49,654 bases of DNA from Candidatus Cloacimonadota bacterium (GTDB lineage Bacteria; Cloacimonadota; Cloacimonadia; Cloacimonadales; TCS61): positions 1 to 49,654 of the forward strand of contig JAUXFF010000003.1 of the NCBI GenBank assembly GCA_030620155.1, read 5' to 3'. Positions 17,687 to 26,700 of the stretch are shown piece by piece. The notes beneath the pieces are model-generated. The model was given only the letters and a program-made list of their open reading frames with translations. It had not been told where the DNA came from and did no database searches. The stretch's first letter is position 1; the number at the start of each line of letters is the position of its first letter. The position numbers and the translations under genes are program-made.

Positions 17687-19833
17687 GATTTTTGTATTGC
17701 AGGAAGAGTGAACTTCACGGTAGTTCCCTTCTTTGGCTTACTTTCAACTTGTATTTCACTTTCATGCATTTCAACGAATTCTTTGCATAAGATTAATCCC
17801 AGACCCGAGCCTTTCTCTTTTGCAGTTCCGGTCATTTTAAAATTCTCATCTATCTTGAAAAGTTTGTTTTTATCTTCATCACTTATTCCAATTCCTTCAT
17901 CAGAAACAGATATTTGGATAAATTTTCCAATATTTTCTGATCTTATTTTTACTTTACTTTTCTCATAAGAAAATTTTATGGAATTATTAATAAGACTCTG
18001 TAAAATTGAATTCAGCATATTTTCATCGGCAAGAATTAAATCTTCTTCATCTGTTTCATTTATAAGCTTTATATTTTTTTGGGAAGCCATTCCTTCCATA
18101 AGAGCAATATTGTTATCAATAATATGTTTTAAATTTAATTCTTCCGGTTTATACTCCATTCTTCCGGTTTGCACTCTTGCCCATTTAAGAAGATTATGCA
18201 GTAGATTGAAAAGTTTTTCTGATGAGATTTTTAATTCTGATGCAAGTATCTTTACCATGTCTTTATCATAATTTTGAATATCATCTGATAAAAGACTTGA
18301 ACCCGCCCTAAAAGAAGTAAAAGCATTCTTCATGTCGTGAGCAATAATGGAAAAGAATTTATTCTTGGTTGCATTCAATTCTTCAAGCTCAGTATTTACT
18401 CTTTCCAGTTCTTCTTTTTGATTAAATATCTGTTTATTGGCATCAGCTAATTGCTTATTTGCTTTAATCTTAAGCCGATATCCTCTATATATTACAAAAG
18501 CTAAGATTAAAATAAATACCAATCCCGAAATTAAAAAAGTTACATACATTTGCTGGATTTTGTTTTGAATTTTTAAGTTACTAATTTCCTTTTCCTTTTT
18601 CGTAGTTTCATATTTTATATCAAGTTCCATAAATTTCTTAATGGTTTCTTCATTAAATATTGAATCTTTAATAGCTGCAAAAAGTTTATAATATACGAGT
18701 GCTTTTTTATATTCTTTAAGTGCAGCGTAGGCCCTTGAAAATAGCTCGTAATTATACTTTAAATCTTCTTTATTGTTTAACTCTTTAACCAGGATTAAAC
18801 TATTATTAAGATATTCAATAGCTTTATTATTATTCCCAGTTAAAATATTAATCTTACCAAGGTTAAGATATGTTCTTGCAATTCCTTCCTTGTCACCAAT
18901 TTCTTTGAAGTAATCTAAAGAATTCAGAATATAATCTTTTGCCATATCATAATTTCCCAGAGCCATAAATGCTTCTCCTGCTCCCTGTATAGCTTGCCCA
19001 ATATCTTTTTTACTCCCAAATTTTTCTGAAATCTTTAAACCTTTTAAATAATGATCTAAAGCTAATTCATAATTGTCTATAGTCATATAGAGATTACCAA
19101 TATTATATAAAGGAGTAATACACCTGAATTCGTATTCTTTTTTTTCAAAATATTCCAGTATCTTAAAATAATATCCTAAAGCCTTATCATAATTGTTCCA
19201 GGAGTGATAAACAGCAGCTATATTATTCAAAGTTTTGTAATATGATTCTTCATCACCCATCTCTTCAAAGAATGCCAATGATTTAAAATAATGATCCAAA
19301 CCTTTTTCATAATCTCCCAAACTTGCATACAAAGAGGCAATATTTAACTGTATCTTTGCTAACTCTATTTTATCCCCGCGTTTCTTCACAATTTCAAGTG
19401 ATCTCAAGAAAGTTTCCAAAGCTTTTTTAGAATCACCTTTATTAATATAAAGAACAGCTATTGAATTCAGACATCCGGAAATACCTTTTTCATATTTAAT
19501 TTTTTCAGATAGAGACAGACCTTTTTTAAAATATTCCTCCAAAGCAATATCAAAATCTCCGGATAATAGATAACCATTTCCGGTAAATATTAATGCATTT
19601 GCTTCCTGTTCTTTATCTTTATATTTCCTTGCCAGTTCTAAAGCCCTGGTGCCATACTCAATTGTTTTTTTAGGTGATATATACCAGTTTTCTTGTGCTA
19701 GTTGATTTAAAATCTCAGCTTTCTTCTTTTCCGGAACTTTTTTTAATTCCGATTCCAAACTATCAATCTTCGTTTGCGAAAGAAGAATACTACTTGCTAT
19801 GAATATAATTAGGGAAAAAAGAATCTTTTTCAT
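17683..19833 (-). CDS. TPR-repeat sensor histidine kinase
   Basis: Signal peptide, TPR repeats, one TM segment, KFFSIIAHDMKN H-box, NNSIKFS, DEGIGI, GSGLGL. Confidence 0.93.
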   Translation of the reverse strand: MKKILFSLIIFIASSILLSQTKIDSLESELKKVPEKKKAEILNQLAQENWYISPKKTIEYGTRALELARKYKDKEQEANALIFTGNGYLLSGDFDIALEEYFKKGLSLSEKIKYEKGISGCLNSIAVLYINKGDSKKALETFLRSLEIVKKRGDKIELAKIQLNIASLYASLGDYEKGLDHYFKSLAFFEEMGDEESYYKTLNNIAAVYHSWNNYDKALGYYFKILEYFEKKEYEFRCITPLYNIGNLYMTIDNYELALDHYLKGLKISEKFGSKKDIGQAIQGAGEAFMALGNYDMAKDYILNSLDYFKEIGDKEGIARTYLNLGKINILTGNNNKAIEYLNNSLILVKELNNKEDLKYNYELFSRAYAALKEYKKALVYYKLFAAIKDSIFNEETIKKFMELDIKYETTKKEKEISNLKIQNKIQQMYVTFLISGLVFILILAFVIYRGYRLKIKANKQLADANKQIFNQKEELERVNTELEELNATKNKFFSIIAHDMKNAFTSFRAGSSLLSDDIQNYDKDMVKILASELKISSEKLFNLLHNLLKWARVQTGRMEYKPEELNLKHIIDNNIALMEGMASQKNIKLINETDEEDLILADENMLNSILQSLINNSIKFSYEKSKVKIRSENIGKFIQISVSDEGIGISDEDKNKLFKIDENFKMTGTAKEKGSGLGLILCKEFVEMHESEIQVESKPKKGTTVKFTLPAIQKS

Positions 19834-19975
19834 TTAAATCTCCAAGTGTACAATAAAATTTAAATTACAAAAAGATAACAATTAAATATATGTCAAATTT
19901 TAAAATGTTAACCTACATTAATTTAAAGAAGATCTCTATTATTTTAAACAATTAATAATAATTCGTGAAAATCCG

Positions 19976-20033
19976 TTTACCCCGTGAAATCCTGCGAAGC
20001 AGGAACAGCAAAGCTGTTATTTCACGGGGTAAA
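19976..20033. repeat. Branched palindromic element (15-bp outer stem enclosing two hairpins)
   Basis: tttaccccgtgaaat / atttcacggggtaaa enclosing cctgc-gaa-gcagg and acagc-aaa-gctgt. Confidence 0.85.
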
Positions 20034-20129
20034 TCTGTGTTCTATTATACCTTCCTTGAAAGCTTGCCGAATACTTAAACAGGGGAGTGAATTTTACCTT
20101 TTCTTGACACAAATCAACTTTTTTTAAAA

Positions 20130-22604
20130 ATGCAAAATATGAAAAAATCTGTTTTGCGCGGGACTACTGTAAAATTACTTTTTATTGTTTTTTGTTGTTG
20201 GAGTGTTTTAATTCATTCCAATGAAAATAACAATGAATCCCGATTTCAGGTTGAAGACAGCCTGGAAATTGATTCTTTGAAAATTGTTGAATTTGAAACA
20301 GATTCTCTTTTTTATTCTGCCGACAGTGTATTTTATTTTTCTCTGGAAGATAAAATCAAACTTACCGGGAATGCAGCAATCAAATATGAAAACTCAAATA
20401 TTAAAGCAGATACTATTTCAATAGATCTAAAAAAAGAACAGGCTTTTTCCAAAGGACAATCTTTTTTACAGGATGGAACTCAAATTTTATTAGGTAGAGA
20501 AATCTATTATGATTTTAATCAGAAAGTCGGACTAATAAAACACGGTGCAAGTAAATTCGATAAGGGTTTCTATTATGGTGATGAAATAAGGAAAGTTGGC
20601 AAAAAAACTTATGATGTTGATAATGGAAAATTCACAACGTGCAGTTCTTTGAACCCCCACTTTTATATTCATGCTTATAAATTCAGATTGTATCGTAATG
20701 ATAAAATTGTTGCAAAACCGATTATTTTTTCGGTTAATCATTTCCCTGTTTTTATATTACCATGTGGGACTTTCACTGTTAAAAGAGGAAGAGAGCGAGG
20801 AATTTTAGTCCCTTCCCCAGGTTATAATAGTGTGGATGGAAAGTTTATTGAAAATATCGCTTTTTACTATCCTTATAAAAATTATGCTGATATTATTCTG
20901 GCTTTTAATTATTATGAAAAAACCGGCTGGGAAGTAGATTTTAACGGTATCTATAAAAAACGTTACTCTTATTATGGAAATTTCGATACCCGTTTTCAGA
21001 AAAAGATCCAGGGACCTGATGTTTCTAGACAGGAATGGTATATAAAAACAAAACACCATTCTGATCTAAGTAACAGAAAAACTTTTGATGTTAACCTGGA
21101 ATTTCTGAGCAGTACAAGAGTATTCGAAGGCAGTACTGATATTGATGAAAGACTGATCGAAAAAATTACTTCAAGCCTGGCTTATAAGAAACCTTTTTTA
21201 AATAGTATACTAAATCTTTCTGCGAAATATGTTGATAATCTGGAAGAAGAGAAGAAAGATATTACCTTACCTTCAATTTCTTATTCTTTACCTTCAAAAC
21301 CGGTTTATGAACTCTTTATCTCGGATGATGACAAAATACAGGAGGATTCCTGGTTTAAAGGATTCTCATTTTCTTATAGTTTTCTAGCAACTCACATAGG
21401 AGATATTAATGATCCGGATGCTAACTTTGAAGATGTGATCTATAAAACAAAAACAGATTCCCTGGGAAATCATATCACTCAACATAACGCAGGAGTAAAA
21501 CATTATGGAAGATTATCTTATACATATAAATATAAAGGATGGTTAAATCTCTCTCAATCCATCTCCGGAAATGAAGCCTGGTTCGATAGAGATACTTCTG
21601 GAACCAGATTCGTTCGCGGTTCGGATTATAAAACCAGCACAAATCTGTCTTTTTCTTTATACGGGGCTAAAGAAATTCCCAGGTTCTATATAAAAGCCGT
21701 AAGACATATAATTACTCCTTCTTTAAGTTTTTCCTATAGACCGGATTTTACTGAAAATTCAAAATATTACAGCTTTGGAGGTATCAGCTTAAATAGAGGC
21801 TCGAAACAAAGAAGTATAAGTATTTCATTAACAAATAAATGGCAGCTGAAATTAGCTGAAACAGAAACTAAAAAGGAAAGAAAACTCAATGATTTTTTCA
21901 AAATTAGCTCAAAATTGAGCTATAACTTTGAAGCTGAAGGAAAAGGATTCAGCAATGTAAGCCATACAATTAATTTAAATCCTAAAAGTATCTCATTTGA
22001 TTTTTTTAATTTGTCAATTAGACCATGGGGAACCTTAACTCAAGATCCCTATGAACTCAAATTTAACGATTGGGATCGTTCAAAATGGGACCTGGGAATC
22101 TCTAACTGGACTTTTAACCTGAATACAAAATTAACCCTCTCCGGTGATGCTAATTATATCGATTACTTCCCGGAACCTGAAAATGAATTTGTCACCGGCA
22201 GATTTTTCCAGGATGATACTCTCACAGTTGAAGAAGAAAGAATAATTACTACTTTGAAAGAATTGGAAGAACTCTCCAGGGATAAAAAAAACTGGTCCAT
22301 ATCATTTTCCCATACCTATAAAACCAATAAAACCAATTTTGAAAATAAAAATTATACAAGCGACCTGAGAATGTCTCTTTCAGCTAAAATCTCAAAAAAC
22401 TGGTCGGTTTCCTACAATAATTATATTAACTTAAAAGATAATGAACTCGTTTCACATAATTTTACTATTACTCGGGACCTTCACTGCTGGAAAATTGTGT
22501 TTAAATATACGAAACAGGGAGACTACTGGAATTATCAATTCAAATTGTTCAATATCAAACTCCCCGATGCATTGCAATTCAGAACCTCTGATCATAAAAG
22601 TTAA
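20130..22604 (+). CDS. lptD: Putative LPS-assembly outer-membrane protein LptD
   Basis: YSADSV...GNAAIKY, GKFTTCS...PHFYI, GILVPSPG, C-terminal ITRDLHCW. The start may be the ATG at 20139. Confidence 0.88.
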   Translation: MQNMKKSVLRGTTVKLLFIVFCCWSVLIHSNENNNESRFQVEDSLEIDSLKIVEFETDSLFYSADSVFYFSLEDKIKLTGNAAIKYENSNIKADTISIDLKKEQAFSKGQSFLQDGTQILLGREIYYDFNQKVGLIKHGASKFDKGFYYGDEIRKVGKKTYDVDNGKFTTCSSLNPHFYIHAYKFRLYRNDKIVAKPIIFSVNHFPVFILPCGTFTVKRGRERGILVPSPGYNSVDGKFIENIAFYYPYKNYADIILAFNYYEKTGWEVDFNGIYKKRYSYYGNFDTRFQKKIQGPDVSRQEWYIKTKHHSDLSNRKTFDVNLEFLSSTRVFEGSTDIDERLIEKITSSLAYKKPFLNSILNLSAKYVDNLEEEKKDITLPSISYSLPSKPVYELFISDDDKIQEDSWFKGFSFSYSFLATHIGDINDPDANFEDVIYKTKTDSLGNHITQHNAGVKHYGRLSYTYKYKGWLNLSQSISGNEAWFDRDTSGTRFVRGSDYKTSTNLSFSLYGAKEIPRFYIKAVRHIITPSLSFSYRPDFTENSKYYSFGGISLNRGSKQRSISISLTNKWQLKLAETETKKERKLNDFFKISSKLSYNFEAEGKGFSNVSHTINLNPKSISFDFFNLSIRPWGTLTQDPYELKFNDWDRSKWDLGISNWTFNLNTKLTLSGDANYIDYFPEPENEFVTGRFFQDDTLTVEEERIITTLKELEELSRDKKNWSISFSHTYKTNKTNFENKNYTSDLRMSLSAKISKNWSVSYNNYINLKDNELVSHNFTITRDLHCWKIVFKYTKQGDYWNYQFKLFNIKLPDALQFRTSDHKS

Positions 22605-22655
22605 ATGCAAATTTTGGCTTTTTTAAATTTTTTCTATATAAACAGAACTTTATCT

Positions 22656-22727
22656 CTCGTTCCCACGACAGCCACAACGCTATGCACAACGCCATGTGGC
22701 ATCGCGTGGAGCCCCTGCTTGGGAATG
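22656..22727. repeat. REP-like palindrome with a nested insert
   Basis: ctcgttccca ... tgggaatg outer arms, inner gccaca/tgtggc stem and a tandem cacaacgc(t/c)atg. Confidence 0.55.
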
Positions 22728-22796
22728 TTCAATATGTTTTAAAATAAATAATTGAGAATTTAATAATTTCTCCACTTCTTTTTATTTATATAGAAA

Positions 22797-23169
22797 GCTC
22801 CTCTGGAGCAACAGTCTGAATCCTGAAGGGGTGCCCACACCACCCTTAAAGGGTGCAATAATATAACCCGATATGTTAACATCGGAATTGACATACATAT
22901 CATCACCCACACCACCCTGAAAGGGTGCAATAATATAACCCGTATGTAAATGTCGGGATTAGGAGCAAACAAAATCCCAACCACGAAGTGGTGAAATAAT
23001 TTAACCCGATGTGTCAACATTGGAATTGACATACATATCATCACCCGCTCAATCCTGGAAGGATTGAATATTAATAGCCGCAGTAGAAACCTTTGGATAA
23101 AAATAACATATCGAATACAACCCTGAATGGGTTGAAAAAAACCAACATGAGCTCAAGCTCCAGAGGAGC
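22797..23169. repeat. Tandem array of ~70-72-bp double-hairpin units bounded by a 13-bp inverted repeat
   Basis: Units start near 22834, 22906, 22977, 23045 and 23117 (caccctgaaagggtg-caataatataacccg...); gctcctctggagc at 22797 and its exact reverse complement at 23157. Confidence 0.8.
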
Positions 23170-23210
23170 GTTCCATCAACCCATAACAGCATATTAAGGG
23201 GGTTCTTCTT

Positions 23211-23378
23211 AATTCGTGAAATCCGTGTTCTATAAAAATAAAATATTAAAAAATCCTTAATAATCCGTCTAATCCGTGTCATCCGCCTGCCAAGCCGTAT
23301 CCGGCAGGTGCCGGAGAAGGCTGGTGTTCTATATTCCCTCTCTTGAAAGTTTGCTGAATATTTAAACAGATGGTGAGT
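23211..23378. repeat. Dispersed repeat (atccgtg motifs plus a tgttctat...ttgaaag...ttaaacag tail) homologous to 19960..20090
   Basis: tgttctatattccctctcttgaaagtttgctgaatatttaaacag versus tgttctattataccttccttgaaagcttgccgaatacttaaacag. Confidence 0.7.
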
Positions 23379-23629
23379 TCAAAATTTCCTGAGGAAATAT
23401 AAATTTTTAAAATGTAAAAACACCAATTTTTTTTTTTAGTAAAAGAAATTGTAGGAACAAGCAGATACTTAATCTTTCCGGCTCAAAATAAAAAGATGAA
23501 AATATACAAATATTTCTTGACGATTGTTTTTGTATTCAACAATTTTGTTATTTGTTGGATATTGTATATGTTATGGAAACACATAACTTATTGTTTTTTA
23601 TAGAATTAAAAAAACAAACAGGAGTGTCT

Positions 23630-23698
23630 ATGGGTAGTTTTTATTATGTTTTTCGTTATTTTAATCAGTTATTTTTCCTTAACAAATCGAAATTTTAA
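23630..23698 (+). CDS. Possible 22-aa leader ORF upstream of the giant gene
   Basis: AGGAG-tgtct-ATG, MGSFYYVFRYFNQLFFLNKSKF-stop. Confidence 0.3.
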   Translation: MGSFYYVFRYFNQLFFLNKSKF

Positions 23699-23796
23699 AC
23701 TTTTTATGTGAAATCTTTTAATCGAAATTGATGAATTTACGAATTTTTTTAAGAAATTAATAAAAAAAATTAGAAAATGTTAAAAAGGAGTGTTTT

Positions 23797-26700
23797 ATGA
23801 AAAACAGAATGTTATTTTTAGTAACGTTTTTGATGGTTTTATTCTCTGTTAATTTACTTTTCGCAGAAAGAGACATTACCGGAAGTACAATTACTTCATC
23901 TATTACTACTTATACTCCCGGCGCCTCTCCAACATTCGATTTTTATTTAGATGTTGTTGATCCTATGTTTACAGATGCAGTTACAGATGTATCTGTTAAT
24001 TTCCCACCCGGAGTTCAGGTTCTACCTACTGGAGAAGTTCCTTTGGTTCTAGATCCTTGGGATTTTATTGGTGCTTATGGTCCACCATTTGCATTGGATT
24101 TCACCGGGCAATTCGGATGGGGAGTTAATTTAACATGGTCTTCTTCTGTTGCTGGTTTTTTTCCTATACCTGAGTATGGTATTCCTGTACCTCCAGGTGA
24201 TGCTTCCTGTTTACCTGGAATACCGGTTTTTATTAGTCCAACTTTTACCGGGGCTTTAGTTATAGATTGGACAATAACCTCTATAGGAACAGGTGGCGGA
24301 TCCAACTATGAGACAGGTCAGATTGTTATTGGACCTCCTTATGGTTTAGATGAGATTAATATTATTGGAACAGGTGGTGCTCCTACAGGTAATGATAATG
24401 GTTTTGGTCCCACCTATATTATTGATGACTGCTTTGATATCGAGGTTATTACAATTGGTGAGGCAGATTCCATGTTCATTGACATTTCTGAATTTGGCGG
24501 ACCTGCCGCTCTACAACTTGTTAAAGATCCTTCTGACAGCCTTCGCTGGACTGGAAGCTACTGCATAGAAGATTGTACATTACCGGCGGTACCTTGTGTC
24601 GATGACAATTCTGCTACAGCGTATGCAACCGGATGGTGGCCGGGTCCCATATCAGCTAATCAAGCTGATGATAATTCCTACCCGGTTGATAATCAACCAC
24701 CATCTGTATCAGACTGGGGGTCTTTCACTGTTACAGACAGACAAACACCTCCGGACAGTAATGGTATTGCCGATTTTAACTTCGGTGATGGCATAGGTCC
24801 TGATAATGATGAAGTAACTTATAATCCCGGTGCTGAAGGTACAGGTGACGGAATTGTCTGGTTCGTCGAAGTCGGCACAGAGTTTGCCGGAGATTTTGAT
24901 TCCTCAGTTCTTCTTACACAACCAACTCTTGAAGGTACATTGAACTGGCTTTACTGGGATCCTACTATCGAGGTTTCTGATAATGCCGGTAACACTGTTT
25001 ACGGAAATGCTGTGAATCCCGATAGTCTGGCTTATCTCGATAATGATCCTCCTAACGATCCTGACACAACGTATTTCGAAGTAAATCCAACTCGAGCTAT
25101 TCAGTATGCAGGTATCGGAGATGTTATCCGTGCTGTAGTTGATATGACAAGCTTACAACCAATTGCCAGCGGGATGTTCGATTTCTCCGCTCTTGATCCT
25201 GGTCCTCCCCCGGATGCAAACTATCAGATTCCAGGAATTATCGACGGCAACCTGATCTATGCAGATTATGAAGTTCAATCTGGTGATAATGAAATATTAA
25301 CACCTCCTGGTTTGATCGTATATGCCACACTTATTGATAGTGCAAGCAACTTCTCGGATCCTCCTATTGAAATTGGGGGAACCACCGGAGACTCACTCTT
25401 CGTTGATGGTACTGCCCCAATTGTTATTTTTGATATCGAAAATACAGGCTACCTTCGTTTCTCTCCGGATACTGATACTACCTTGGCAGATTATACAGAC
25501 TTAACCAATATACCGGATACTCTATTGATGTCTATTATGCTGGAAGACTGGGGTGAGATTGGTGGACCTGATGAATTCGTTATCAGGATCGAGCAGGAAT
25601 ATCTTACCAGAGATGAACCCAATCCCCATGCTTATAAAACATATCACATCGGAGATGAAGATGTCTGGTATGAAGAAACAGAAGGACCGAGAGGATGGTA
25701 CATGGTATACTTCTGGTGGGATGGCGTTATTCCTGTAGGTTCCACTTTTGGAACTCCAGGTGAACTGGCTCCCGAAGGAATTTATGGCTTCACTCTGTGG
25801 AGTGTTACTGACGGTGCCGGCAACGAGGGTGTTCTAGAGCATGTTGTAGAACATGATCCCTGGCCCTGGACACCTGGCGAGACACAATTAAACAGAATTC
25901 ATGGTGTTATTGACAATACTCCGCCTGAATACCTTCAGGAATTAGATGTTTATGGAGTTGCTACAGATGCTCATGTAGACACCATATATAGATATATTAA
26001 TGATGTTGATTATAGTGGCACTGTTAATGCAGGTGATATATTAATGGGTGTAGATCAAGTTTACTTCCAGTTTGGTGTTACCAGAGACTTCACCGAAAAC
26101 ACAGAAGCTCTGCGCCGCGAAAATGTAACTTACTGGATAGAAGTTGCGGGACCTGATACTATGCGTATCTTCTGGGGTGATGAAGATGGTAATGCATATC
26201 CTCCAGACCCATCCACTCAGGGTGTAGATCCTGGAACTTTTGTTGAGTATGATACTGAAGATGCCGTTTTATTTGGTACTATTCTTGATGTAAACGCAAT
26301 GGTTGGTCTTGGAAAAGATATCAAATGGATTGCTGATGATACCGGTGGTATGGACGACCTGTTATTCAAAGCAGGTACATATAATGTTACTTCAATGATT
26401 CGAGATAATGCAGGTAATATCAGAGACGGTTTACCAACCAGGGCTACAGTCGAACTTGTAGACATATTGTATACAGCTCCTACTTTAAACAGACTGGAAA
26501 TTGTTTCCTTCCATGATGACGGCTTACCACCTTATGATGCTAATGGTCATCATAACTTCTATCTCGATTCATCTTACGACACTTTACGTGTAGATTATTA
26601 TTATGATACAGATGATCTCATTACTGTTGAACTTGAGCTAGCAGATATTACTTATCTTGATTCAGTAGTAGTTGAGAACTTCTGGCCTTACTGGAATAAA

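Noticed and set aside
19976-20033. tRNA or riboswitch
   Set aside because: Only two inner arms, no T/D-loop consensus or CCA; the long perfect outer stem and repeat context fit a REP-like element
22834-23135. CRISPR array
   Set aside because: Repeats are too degenerate, a would-be spacer recurs, units contain two hairpins, and there are no cas genes in the window
22760-23282. ORFs 22760..23044 and 23049..23282
   Set aside because: Their repetitive peptides are just translations of the palindromic repeats
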